Below are positions 36,342 to 45,800 of a stretch of DNA of 64,000 nt, piece after piece. The notes below the pieces were generated by a model. It was not told the DNA's origin. It saw only the letters and a program-made list of their open reading frames with translations, and ran no database searches. The position numbers were made by a program, and so were the translations under genes. The stretch covers positions 320,001 through 384,000 of the forward strand of contig OZ242011.1 in assembly GCA_965204755.1 (NCBI GenBank), read 5' to 3'. Source of the stretch: Candidatus Marinacidobacterium sp. Its GTDB lineage: Bacteria; Acidobacteriota; Vicinamibacteria; Marinacidobacterales; Marinacidobacteraceae. Numbering within the stretch: the first letter of the stretch is position 1; each line of letters begins with the position of its first letter.

Positions 36342-37811
36342 CTACTCGAGGAAACCGGACGCGCCCAGTTTCCGGGCGAGGGCGACCGACCAGGACGGGC
36401 GGCCGAGGGGCGCGGCGGACTCGGGGCGGTCCCGGACGAGGAACCGGCCGCTGCCGGGCTCGGCGCAGGGCGCCCCGTCCCGCGCCACGACTTCCCCCCG
36501 GCGGAGGACGACCTCCGGGTAGCCGCGGAGGCGCCGCCCCTCGTAGGGCGTGTAGCCCACCCGGTCGTGGAGGTCGGCCCAGCGCACCACCACTTCGCGG
36601 TCGGGGTCCCAGACCGCGAGGTCGGCGTCGCTTCCCGGGGCGATCGTCCCCTTCCGGGGGTAGAGCCCGAACAGCCGCGCCGGGTTCTCGCAGGCGACCG
36701 CCACCAGCCGCTGCAGCGAGATCCGTCCCGCGCCGACGCCTTCGGTGTAGAGCAGCGGCAGGCGGAGTTCCACGCCGGGGACGCCGTTGCAGATCTTCGA
36801 GAACGGCGGCCGGGGCCCCGCCGCCAACTTCCCCCGCTCGTCGAAGGAGTAGGGGGCGTGGTCCGAACTCACCACATCGAAGACCCCGTCGCGGATCCCC
36901 TCCCAGAGCGCCTGCTGGGCGTCCTCGTCCCGGGGGGAGGGGCTGCAGCACCACTTCGCGCCTTCCATCCCCGGCCGGTCGAGGTCTTCCGCGGTGAGGA
37001 GCAGGTACTGCGGGCAGGTCTCGGCGAAGACCTTGAGCCCGCGCCCCTGCGCGGCGGCGATTTCCGCGGCCGCCTCCCGCGAGGAGACATGGACCACATA
37101 GAGCGGGGCGTCGGTGAGTTCGGCGAGGTCGATCGCCCGCCCGGTGGCTTCCTTCTCCGCGAGGAGCGGGTGGCTGGCGGCGTGGTACTTCGGCGCGGTG
37201 TACCCGGCGGTCTCCAGCCGGTTCGAGAGCCAGGAGATCATCTCGTGGTTCTCGGCGTGGACCATCGTGAGCGCCCGCCGCCGCCGGGCCGCTTCGAGCA
37301 CATCGAGGAACTGGGCGTCGTCGAGGCGCACCAGGTCGTAGGTCATGTAGATCTTGAAGGAGGTCACGCCCTCCGCCACCAGCCGGGGGATCTCGAGTTC
37401 GAGGGCGTGGGGCGTCGGGTCGGTGACGATGAGGTGGAACCCGTAGTCGGAGACCGCCTTCGGGCGGGCCGCCCGGTGGTAGGCGGCGACGACCTCCGCC
37501 GGGGACTCGCCCCGCCCCTGGACGGCGAAGGAGAGGACGGTGGTGGTCCCGCCGCAGACCGCCGAAGTGGTGCCCGACCGGTAGTCGTCGGCGCACATCA
37601 GCCCCATCGAGGAGCGCTGCTCGATGTGGGTGTGGGCATCCACCCCTCCCGGCAGGACGAGTTTCCCGGCGGCGTCGATCTCTTCCTTCCCCGGCGGGAG
37701 GCCCGGCGCGACGGCGGCGATCTTCCCGCCGACGATTCCCACATCCGCCTCGCGGACTTCGGCGGCGGTGGCCACCCGGCCCCCGCGCGCGACCAGGTCG
37801 AATTCGGCCAT
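36342..37811 (-). CDS. hydA: Dihydropyrimidinase / D-hydantoinase
   Basis: PGGVDAHTH, GGTTT, GVTSFKIYMTY, VHAEN, ETCPQYL, SSDHAPY, GSDADLAVWDP. ATG at 37811 lies 7 nt after TATCAT. Confidence 0.93.
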   Translation of the reverse strand: MAEFDLVARGGRVATAAEVREADVGIVGGKIAAVAPGLPPGKEEIDAAGKLVLPGGVDAHTHIEQRSSMGLMCADDYRSGTTSAVCGGTTTVLSFAVQGRGESPAEVVAAYHRAARPKAVSDYGFHLIVTDPTPHALELEIPRLVAEGVTSFKIYMTYDLVRLDDAQFLDVLEAARRRRALTMVHAENHEMISWLSNRLETAGYTAPKYHAASHPLLAEKEATGRAIDLAELTDAPLYVVHVSSREAAAEIAAAQGRGLKVFAETCPQYLLLTAEDLDRPGMEGAKWCCSPSPRDEDAQQALWEGIRDGVFDVVSSDHAPYSFDERGKLAAGPRPPFSKICNGVPGVELRLPLLYTEGVGAGRISLQRLVAVACENPARLFGLYPRKGTIAPGSDADLAVWDPDREVVVRWADLHDRVGYTPYEGRRLRGYPEVVLRRGEVVARDGAPCAEPGSGRFLVRDRPESAAPLGRPSWSVALARKLGASGFLE

Positions 37812-37892
37812 GCGCCCGATGATATTCCGGCGAACGGCCCGCCCGGGCCTTCCGCGGCTCGAGACGCCGCCGGTCACGCCCGGTCGGCGGGC

Positions 37893-38245
37893 GAATTGTG
37901 TATAGCTCGCCAGCCGAATTGTGTATAGGCGGCGAGCGAATTGTGTATAGGCGGCGAGGAATTGTGTATAGCTCGCCGGGGAATTGTGTATAGCTCGCCG
38001 GGGCGGCGGCGCGCCCCGCGCCACCCGTCGGTTCCGTCGGCCGGGAGCCCCCGGAATGCGCCTCGGAGGGCTCGGAGGGGCGTATATGGCGCACGGAAGG
38101 GGCGCCGGAGGCCGCCCGCGGGCGGGGATGCATCGAGTCCGGCCGCTCCCGGATCCGGCCCGGAGGGGCCGAATTGTGTATAGCTGCCCGGAATTGTGTA
38201 TAGCTCCGGGGAATTGTGTATAGCTCCGGGGAATTGTGTATAGCT
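37893..38245. repeat. Two phased clusters of GAATTGTGTATAG (5 + 4 copies)
   Basis: Copies start at 37893, 37916, 37938, 37959, 37981 and at 38171, 38191, 38211, 38231. Confidence 0.97.
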
Positions 38246-38261
38246 GAGCCGGATCGCAGCC

Positions 38262-38353
38262 GGAGGTTGCCCCGCTTTCGTGGACGGGTCGTAGTTCGGG
38301 TTCTGCTGTCGAGTGACACCGACTTTTACGCAGTTGGGGGACACGAACCCTTA
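38262..38353. mobile_element. Probable IS-end remnants, no transposase
   Basis: GAGGTTGCCCCGCTTTCGTGGAC resembles IS3-family terminal inverted repeats; GGGGGACACGAACCC-TTA resembles an IS5-type end; locally lower GC. Recognised from memory, not searched. Confidence 0.45.
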
Positions 38354-38399
38354 CGCGCCCGGGGCCGGCGGGGAGTCCCGGCGCCGGGGGGAGTCCGGC

Positions 38400-38894
38400 T
38401 CAGTCCGCGAGGGGTGAGATCGAGCCGAGCATGAAGCCGGAGACCGCGCCGTGGCGCCAGGTTCCGGCATAGCGGTCGCCGTGGAACAGGATCGTGGCCC
38501 CGAAGTCCTCGCCGACGCCGGGGAGGTCGGCGTCCACCAGGTGGATCATCGGGACTTCCCCGGCCCAGAGGACCGGCACGACGACCGGGACGGTGAGGTC
38601 GAGGCCGCCATAGACGATCCGGGCGTCGAACCGCCAGCGGTCGCCGTCCAGTTTGCGGACGCCGGCGATCTCGTAGCGGTCCTCGGAGAAGCCCTCCCGC
38701 CGCTCCGGGGCCTCCACGGTGAACCGCCCGTCGAGGACGACGCCGCGCATCCGCTCGGTGAAGGCCCGCTCCCGCTCGGAGAGCGAGGCCGGGGGCGCCG
38801 TCCGGCCGCCCCCGACCGCCGACCAGAGCCAGCCGGCGCCGAAAGCGGCCGCGAGCAGCGCGGCCGCGGCGATGGCGATCAGTACCCTGCGCAT
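38400..38894 (-). CDS. Hypothetical exported or membrane-anchored protein (164 aa)
   Basis: MRRVLIAIAAAALL anchor and a beta-rich body (EDRYEI...WRFDARIVYG...YAGTW). Confidence 0.75.
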   Translation of the reverse strand: MRRVLIAIAAAALLAAAFGAGWLWSAVGGGRTAPPASLSERERAFTERMRGVVLDGRFTVEAPERREGFSEDRYEIAGVRKLDGDRWRFDARIVYGGLDLTVPVVVPVLWAGEVPMIHLVDADLPGVGEDFGATILFHGDRYAGTWRHGAVSGFMLGSISPLAD

Positions 38895-39014
38895 GGAAAC
38901 GAGTCCTCCCGGAAACGGGCGAAAGTAGCAGCAGCCCCCGTTTCCCCCCCGTTTCCCCCCTGTTTCCCTCCCGTTTCCGCCGGTTTCCTCCCGCCTCGTC
39001 CTCTTCGTCCCCCG

Positions 39015-40244
39015 TTGACCGGCCCGTTCACGCCCCCGACGGAGGCGGAAGCCGCCGAGGCGCGGGAGCACCTTCGCCGGGCGGAGGGCGCGGCGCTCGC
39101 CTCGCGGCGGATCCCGGAGGGCGCCGAAGGGCGCGAAGTGGATTCCGCGGCGGTCGTCGGGTTCGGCGTGATGGGGCGCGGGATCGCCCTCTCCTTCGCC
39201 GGGGCCGGCATCCCGGCGGCGGTGTTCGAGCCCTCCGACGCGGCCTGGGCCGCCGGCGTCCGCGCCGTGGAAGGGACGCTCGCCCGGGCGGCGGCGAAGG
39301 GGCGGATCGGGGAAGCGGACGCCGCGGCCCGCCGCCGGCGGATCCGGCGGGCGGAGCGGATGGAGGACCTCTCCGGGGCGGACTTCTTGGTGGAGGCGGT
39401 GTTCGAGGACTACGAGGCGAAGGCCCGCGTCTTCCGGGAGTTGGACCGGGTCGCCCCGCCGGGCGCGGTCCTCGCGACGAACACCTCGTCGCTCGATGTG
39501 GACCGGCTGGCCGCCGCGACGAAGCGGCCCGAAGCGGTGCTGGGAACCCACTTCTTCAGCCCGGCGCAGGTGATGCGGCTCCTCGAAGTGGTCATCGCCG
39601 ACCGGACTTCCGGGGAGACCGCCGCCACCGCGATGCGGCTCGGGCGCCGGCTGGGGAAGGCTCCGGTGCCGGTCGGCGTCGCCGACGGGTTCGTGGGCAA
39701 CCGGATGCTCTACGCCTACCGCCGCGAGGCGGACCGGCTGCTGCTCGAAGGCTCGCTCCCCGAAGAGGCGGACCGGGCGCTCCGCGAGTTCGGGTTCGCC
39801 ATGGGCCCCTACGAGGTCGCGGACCTGGCCGGGCTCGACATCGGCGCCGCGGTGCGGAAGCGGCAGTCGGAGGAAGCGCGGCGCCGGGGCCTCCCCGCCC
39901 CGCCGCCCGCCGTGGCCGACCGCCTGGTGGAGCAGGGCCGGCTGGGCCAGAAGACCGGGCGCGGCTTCTACCGCTACGCCCCCGGCGACCGGACGCCCCG
40001 CCCCGACCCGTCGGTCCGGGTGGTCATCGGCTCCTCCTCGACGACGGCGGGGTACCGGCGCCGTCGGGTCTCCGCGGAGGAGATCCGCCGGCGGTGCCTC
40101 GCCGCCCTGGTCCGCGAGGGGGAAGCGGTGCTGGAGGCGGGGATCGCCGAACGCCCCGGCGATGTGGATGTGATCTGGACGCTGGGCTACGGCTTCCCGG
40201 CGGACCGGGGCGGCCCGATGTACTGGGCCGGCATTCGGGATTGA
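39015..40244 (+). CDS. 3-hydroxyacyl-CoA dehydrogenase (no enoyl-CoA hydratase domain)
   Basis: GFGVMGRGIA, VEAVFED, LATNTSSL, GTHFFSPA, GFVGNRML, GQKTGRGFY, RGGPMYW. TTG start is inferred. Confidence 0.9.
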   Translation: MTGPFTPPTEAEAAEAREHLRRAEGAALASRRIPEGAEGREVDSAAVVGFGVMGRGIALSFAGAGIPAAVFEPSDAAWAAGVRAVEGTLARAAAKGRIGEADAAARRRRIRRAERMEDLSGADFLVEAVFEDYEAKARVFRELDRVAPPGAVLATNTSSLDVDRLAAATKRPEAVLGTHFFSPAQVMRLLEVVIADRTSGETAATAMRLGRRLGKAPVPVGVADGFVGNRMLYAYRREADRLLLEGSLPEEADRALREFGFAMGPYEVADLAGLDIGAAVRKRQSEEARRRGLPAPPPAVADRLVEQGRLGQKTGRGFYRYAPGDRTPRPDPSVRVVIGSSSTTAGYRRRRVSAEEIRRRCLAALVREGEAVLEAGIAERPGDVDVIWTLGYGFPADRGGPMYWAGIRD

Positions 40245-40326
40245 TCGGGCGGGACTGATGGGGCGGGATTGATCGGGCGGGACTGACCGGGACTGGAGAC
40301 AGGGGGCCGCCCGCCCGCCGGGGCCG

Positions 40327-41157
40327 CTACGGCGGCGGGGCGAGGAAGTCGGCGAGCGTCCACCAGTTCGCCTCGGTCCGCCCCCGGGCGCCGTCGCCCG
40401 GCCCGAACGCCAGGGCCAGGTCGTAGGGGACGCCCTCGTAGTCCCGGATCTCGGCGGTGAGGAAGAGGGCCGGCTCGGCGGCCGGGAGTTCGGCGCAGCG
40501 GCCGCCGGAGAACGCCGCCGCGTAGAGGGAGGCGGCCCGCGCCGGGTCGCCGGCGAGCGCCGCCTCGACCACCGCCGCCGCGTCCTCCGGGTCGGAGCAG
40601 CCGGCCGCCGGAACCTCCTCGAGCGCGCCGGCGAGGCTCGTCGAGCCGTCGGCGAAGACGACCCGCTCGCCGGGGGCGAACCGCGCGAACACCCGGTGCT
40701 CCGCCTCCGCCGGCAACGCCGGGACCCGGATGTCCACCGGGACGCCCCCGACGCTGAGGCTGCCTCCGGAGGAGAACGCCAACTCCCCTTCCGGGACGCT
40801 GATCCCGTCGCCGTCGTAGTCCCCCCGGCGGATCGAGTAGCGGAACTCCAGCCGCTCTCCCGAGGTCTCCGCCAGCGACGCCGCGAGGCGCGAGAGCCCG
40901 AGGTCGAAGCGGAGGGACACCTCGCCGGAGGCCTCCACCGGCAACCCGCTGGTGAGCCAGACGCCGATCGAGACCTCCTCCCCGGCCAGGTAGGTCCGGC
41001 CGGTCGCCGGCTGCGAGACGACCTCGATCCGCGCGATCCCGGCGGCGGCGTCCGGCCGGGGCGCGGTCGGCGAGTCCGCCCCCTCCCCCCCGCAGCCGGC
41101 GAGCGCCGCCGCGCCCGCCCCGGCGAGGAGCCCGGCGAGAAGGGCGCGCCGCGTCAT
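40327..41157 (-). CDS. Hypothetical lipoprotein with an Ig-like surface-protein module
   Basis: MTRRALL...LAGC lipobox; TYLAGEEV...LEFRYSIRRGDYDGDGISV module. Confidence 0.65.
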   Translation of the reverse strand: MTRRALLAGLLAGAGAAALAGCGGEGADSPTAPRPDAAAGIARIEVVSQPATGRTYLAGEEVSIGVWLTSGLPVEASGEVSLRFDLGLSRLAASLAETSGERLEFRYSIRRGDYDGDGISVPEGELAFSSGGSLSVGGVPVDIRVPALPAEAEHRVFARFAPGERVVFADGSTSLAGALEEVPAAGCSDPEDAAAVVEAALAGDPARAASLYAAAFSGGRCAELPAAEPALFLTAEIRDYEGVPYDLALAFGPGDGARGRTEANWWTLADFLAPPP

Positions 41158-42702
41158 TCAGCCCGGGGAGGAGACCCCCCGGCGGGCGTAGGCGCGGGCG
41201 AGGTCCACCTGGCGGGCGCCCTCCGGAGGGGGCCGGGTCAGCAGGCTGACGACGACCGCCGCGAGGAAGCCGGCGGCGAAGCCGACCACCATCTCGAACA
41301 ACTCGAAGAACACCGGCTTCCCGTAGAGGAACCAGAGGACGGAGGCGGAGAACCCGCAGACCATCCCGGCGACCGCCCCCGGCAGCGTCATCCGCCGCCA
41401 GCAGATGCCGAGGATCGCCACCGGGGCGAAGGCGCAGCCGAGCCCGGACCAGGAGAACAGGACGAAGAAGAACACCACCCGGACCTCGGGGAGCGCCACC
41501 GCGATCCCCACCAGACCCAGGAGCAGCGTCACCCCCTTCCCGTACCGCGACAGCCGGCGCTCGTCGGCGGCGAGGCGGGCGGCGGCGCCGCGAACGCCGG
41601 GCGCCGCCGGGTCGGCGAACCGCCGGCCGAGCAGTTTCTGGAAGAAGTCGCGGACGACGGTCGAAGACGCGAGGAGCAGCACCGAGTCCGCGGTGGACAT
41701 GATCGCGGCGAGCACGGCGACCAGGAACAGCCCGGTGACCACCGGCGGCATGAGTTCGGACGCCAGCAGCGGCAGGATCCCCTCGGCGTCCTCGATCCGC
41801 GGGTGGAGGGCCCGGCCGGCCATCCCGGTGAGCACCGCCCCGAGGTCGAAGAGCACGATCACGCCCGCCGCCATGACGCCGCCGTCGGAGAGCGTCTTCC
41901 GGTCCTTCGAGGCCATGAACCTCACCAGGAGTTGCGGGGCGCCGAGGAACGCGAGGCCCACCCCCAGGTGGCTCGCCACATCGAAGTAGCCGCGGGCCGT
42001 GCCGCCGGCGGCGCCGAGCGGCGAGAGGAGGGCCGGCTCGATCGCGGCGAGGCGTTCCGCGAGCGCGCCGAGCCCGCCCAGTTCCCGGATCGCCACCAGC
42101 GGCAGCGCGACCAGCGCCGCCGCCATCAGCGTGGCCTGCAGGAGGTCGCTCCAGGCCACCGCCTTGAGGCCGCCGAAGGCGGTGTAGAACAGGATGACCG
42201 CCGCGCCGAGGAGGACGCCGGTCTCGTAGGGGATTCCGAGGAACGACCCGAAGGCCTTGCCCGAAGCCGTGAGTTGGGCGGCCATGTAGGTGCCGGCCAT
42301 CACCAGCACCACCCCGGAGCCGAGGATCCGCAGGACCTGGCGGGTGTCGCCGAACCGCTCCTCCAGCCAGTCGGCGACGGTGATCGCCCGGTAGCGGTCG
42401 GCGAGCCCCTTGAACCGGGGCCCGACGAAACTCCAGGCCACCGCGGTGGCGACGACCTCGCCGAGGACGATCCAGAGCGCGTTGGCCCCGAGCAGGTAGC
42501 CCATCCCGGTGAGGCCGAGCAGCAGCCAGGCGCTCTCGCCGGTGCTCGCGGCGGAGAACCCCACCACCGCCGCCGGGAGGCGCCGCCCGGCCAGGTAGTA
42601 GCCGGCGAGGTCGCCGGTGCTCCGGGAACTCCAGACCGCCAGCCCGAAGAGGAACGAGAGGTAGGCGGCGAGGACCGCCCAGAGCGGCCAGTTCTCCGGC
42701 AC
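41158..42702 (-). CDS. Sodium:solute symporter (PutP-like sodium/proline symporter family)
   Basis: YYLAGRRL, ESAWLLLGLTG, YTAFGGLKAVAWSD, PQLLVRFM, AAIMSTADS. Confidence 0.93.
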   Translation of the reverse strand: MPENWPLWAVLAAYLSFLFGLAVWSSRSTGDLAGYYLAGRRLPAAVVGFSAASTGESAWLLLGLTGMGYLLGANALWIVLGEVVATAVAWSFVGPRFKGLADRYRAITVADWLEERFGDTRQVLRILGSGVVLVMAGTYMAAQLTASGKAFGSFLGIPYETGVLLGAAVILFYTAFGGLKAVAWSDLLQATLMAAALVALPLVAIRELGGLGALAERLAAIEPALLSPLGAAGGTARGYFDVASHLGVGLAFLGAPQLLVRFMASKDRKTLSDGGVMAAGVIVLFDLGAVLTGMAGRALHPRIEDAEGILPLLASELMPPVVTGLFLVAVLAAIMSTADSVLLLASSTVVRDFFQKLLGRRFADPAAPGVRGAAARLAADERRLSRYGKGVTLLLGLVGIAVALPEVRVVFFFVLFSWSGLGCAFAPVAILGICWRRMTLPGAVAGMVCGFSASVLWFLYGKPVFFELFEMVVGFAAGFLAAVVVSLLTRPPPEGARQVDLARAYARRGVSSPG

Positions 42703-42717
42703 GGCGCCTCGGCGGGA

Positions 42718-42885
42718 TCAGCGGCCCGGCGGCCGAGTTCCGCCGGACTCCGGGCGGGACTCCGGGCGGGACTCCGCCTCGGCGAGCATCCGGCGGACGC
42801 GCCGCGCGTTCCAGAGGGCGAGCGCCATCCCCGGCGCCACCGAGACGACCACCAGCGCCCAGGTGTCCGCGGGGAAGCCGAACAT
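42718..42885 (-). CDS. Small single-TM protein (55 aa) upstream of the symporter
   Basis: MFGFPADTWALVVVSVAPGMALALWNARR; TGATG overlap with the amidohydrolase stop. Confidence 0.65.
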   Translation of the reverse strand: MFGFPADTWALVVVSVAPGMALALWNARRVRRMLAEAESRPESRPESGGTRPPGR

Positions 42886-45800
42886 CAGCGGCCCCCGGGC
42901 CCGTCGGGACGGTCGGCCCCGTTCGGACGGATCGGCCGGTCGTCCTCGCGGTACATGGTCTCGTCGAGCCACGGGTAGCCGCCGTACGGCCGCGCCTCCG
43001 GCCAGATCTCGTCCAGCGTGTCCCCGTCGTACACCCGCCCGTCCTTCACCACATAGCGGATGTCGGCGGTGGCCCGGATGTCCTCCAGCGGGTTGCGGTC
43101 GAGCACCACCAGGTCCGCCAACTTCCCGACTTCGATGGTTCCGGTCTGGTGCTCGAGGCCCAGGAACGCCGCGCCCTGCCGGGTCGCCAGGTCGAGCGCC
43201 CCCTCCGCCCCCAGCGCCGACTCCGCCATCCAGATCTCCCAGTGCGAGCCGATCCCGTGGTGCTGGCCGTGCGCCCCGATGGCGCCGGAGCCGCCCTCGG
43301 CGATCACCTCGGCGAGCCCCTGCGCCAGGAGCGGGAAGGAGTAGTCGGTGGCCTCGCGCAGCGGACGCCGCCGGGTGTGCGGGACCAGCATCCGCCAGGG
43401 CAGGAACCGCCGCTGCTTCGGGTCGCGCCAGTTCGCCGTCTCCTGCCAGAAGAACTCCTCGTTCCAGACGGTGGGGCCGCCCACGACGAAGGTGATCGAA
43501 TAGACCGCCTTCGTCCGCCCGAAGAACTTCGCCGCGTCCCCGTAGAGAGGCACATAGGTCAGCGGGTGCTCCCAGCCGGTCTGGCCGTCGAGCATCAGCC
43601 CGAGGTTGTAGGAGAGGCTGCCGCCCTCGCCGGTCAGCATCAGCCCCCGCTCGCGGGCGATCTCCGCGATCCACTGCCGCTGGTCGCGGCGCGGCTGCAT
43701 GTAGGACTTGATCGCGGTGGCGCCCCACGAAACCAGCCGCTCGATGTTCGCTTCGGCGTCCTCGTAACTGCGGATGTCGTTCTGCCGGGGGCCGTCGCCG
43801 TTGTACATCGGGTCGCCGGTGCTGAACATCCGCGGCCCGACCATCTCGCCCGCTTCCACCAGTTCGGCGGCGGAGAAGACATTCTGCGACCACTGCGAGT
43901 TGTCGAGCGTGGTGGTCATCCCGTAGGCGAGATAGACCGCCGCCTCCCAGTTGCGCCGGGGCAGGACGCCGGTGTGGTCCCGGTGGTGGTGGGCGTGCAT
44001 GTCGATGAGGCCGGGGATGAGCGTCTTCCCGGAGACCTCCACGACCCGGTCCGCCGGTTCCGCCGGGCACTCGCCGACGCAGGCGATCCGGCCGTCCACG
44101 ATCCGGACGCTCCCCCGGGACACCGTGCCCGGTTCGCCCAGGGTGACCAGCCGGCCGCCCTCGAAGACCAGCGAGCCGGAAGCGCGGGCGCGCGGCAGGC
44201 GGAGGTCCACCGGGTGGTGGACCGCTTCGCCGCCGGCGTCGGGGTCATAGACCGTGATCCGGGGGCCGCTGCCCAGGTAGAGCGTCCCGTCCGGGGTCCA
44301 CCGCGGGAACATCCCGCCGTCCTTCGTCACTTCGCGGATCGGGAGGGCGGCGCGGCGGCGCTCGATGTGCGGCGGGCCGCCCCCCGCGCCCGGCCAGGGC
44401 AGCGCCGTCAGATAGACATTGTCGCCCTCGGCGAAGGCCACGAAGCGGCCGTCCGGGGAGGGCGCCGCCTCGTCGGCGTAGGGGAAGGTGAGGTGCACCC
44501 GCCGGTCGGAACCGTCCGGCCGGACCGAGACCAACTTCGTGACTTCCTCGCTCCGGCCGTCCCGCTCGCGGGCGGTCTGCTCCGGGAAGAAGAGCCGGCC
44601 CTCCGGCCCGAAGGAGGGGGCGACGATCTGCCGCCGGGGCATCAGCGGGCGGCCGGCGTTGTAGGGGCGGAGCGTCCGGGTGATGAACTCCGGTTCGCCG
44701 CCGGCCGCGGGGAAGCGCACCAGGTCGTAGTGGAGGTTCTGCGACCAGGAGCGCCCGCGCTGCGTCGCGCCGCTGCCCCGCGCCGCGACGATCCCGGAAC
44801 CGTCCGGCGTCCATACCGGGTGGAGGTACTCGCCCGGCGTCCGGCTGACCCGCGTGGGGGCGCCGCCCGCCGCCGGAACCGTCCACAGGTGCCCTTCGGT
44901 GTCCGCCCAGGAGACATAGGCGACCGTCCGGCCGTCCGGCGAAAACGCCGGCGCGAGTTCGTAGGCCTCTTCGTAGGCCCCTTCGTAGGCCTCGCCGCCG
45001 GCGACCAGCCGCGTCGGCTGCCCCCCCGGCAGGGTCATCCGGTAGAGCCTCCCGGCGGCGTGGAAGACCGCCGAGCCGCCGTCGGGGGCGAGCGCCGGCC
45101 AGCGGAGCATCCGCGCCCGGAACGAGTCGGCGGAAATGTCCAGCCGCGCCCGCGCCTGCCCGGAGACGCGGCGCTTCACGGCGGCCGTGAACGGGACTTC
45201 CTCGACTTCGCCGGTCGCGGCCTCCACCCGGATGATCCGCCCGCCCCGCGTCGCGTAGAGGCGGCGCGAGTCGGCGGTCCAGGCGTAGCCGGGCAGGACC
45301 CGGTCGGTCTTCATCCCCTCGGCGGCGTCCGTTTCGATCGGGTCGGCGAGCAGCCGCTCGGCGCCGGTCTCGAGGTCGCGCAGGAAGAGCGCGGTCCGGG
45401 GCCCGAAGCGGTGTCCCTTCCAGGAGATCGTGCCGCCGGGGATCCGGCGCGCGAAGGCCAGGTAGCGGCCGTCCGGGGAGGGTTCCGGGGCGATGGCGCC
45501 GCCGCTCGACCCTTGGTACTGCTGCTGCGACTGCCCGGCGGTCACTTCCCGGACTTCGCCGGTCTCGAGGTCGAGCCGCCGGACCTGCATCGCGCCCCGC
45601 ACCGGGTCGCGTTCGCGGGACGGGGCGAAGTGGAAGTAGAGGCTCCGGCCGTCCGGCGAGGGCGCCGGCCAGCCGGCCCGCGGGAAGTCGCCGCCGACGA
45701 GTTCCACGCCGCTCCCCCCTTCGGGGTGGAAGAGGTAGAGGCCGGAACTCCGGGGGCGGGAGAGGGTGAAACGGCGGGCCACGATGCCGCGGCCGTCGGG

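Noticed and set aside
37893-38245. Mini-CRISPR or chromosomal oriC
   Set aside because: Repeats (13 bp) and linkers (7-10 bp) are too short for CRISPR. There is no dnaA/dnaN and no AT-rich unwinding element, so it is reported only as an unexplained array.
37874-38344. ORFs with YTQF/IHNS repeats (37874..38344, and the 5' extension of hydA to 38024)
   Set aside because: These are translations of the DNA repeat with frame-shifting unit lengths; hydA homology begins at 37811.
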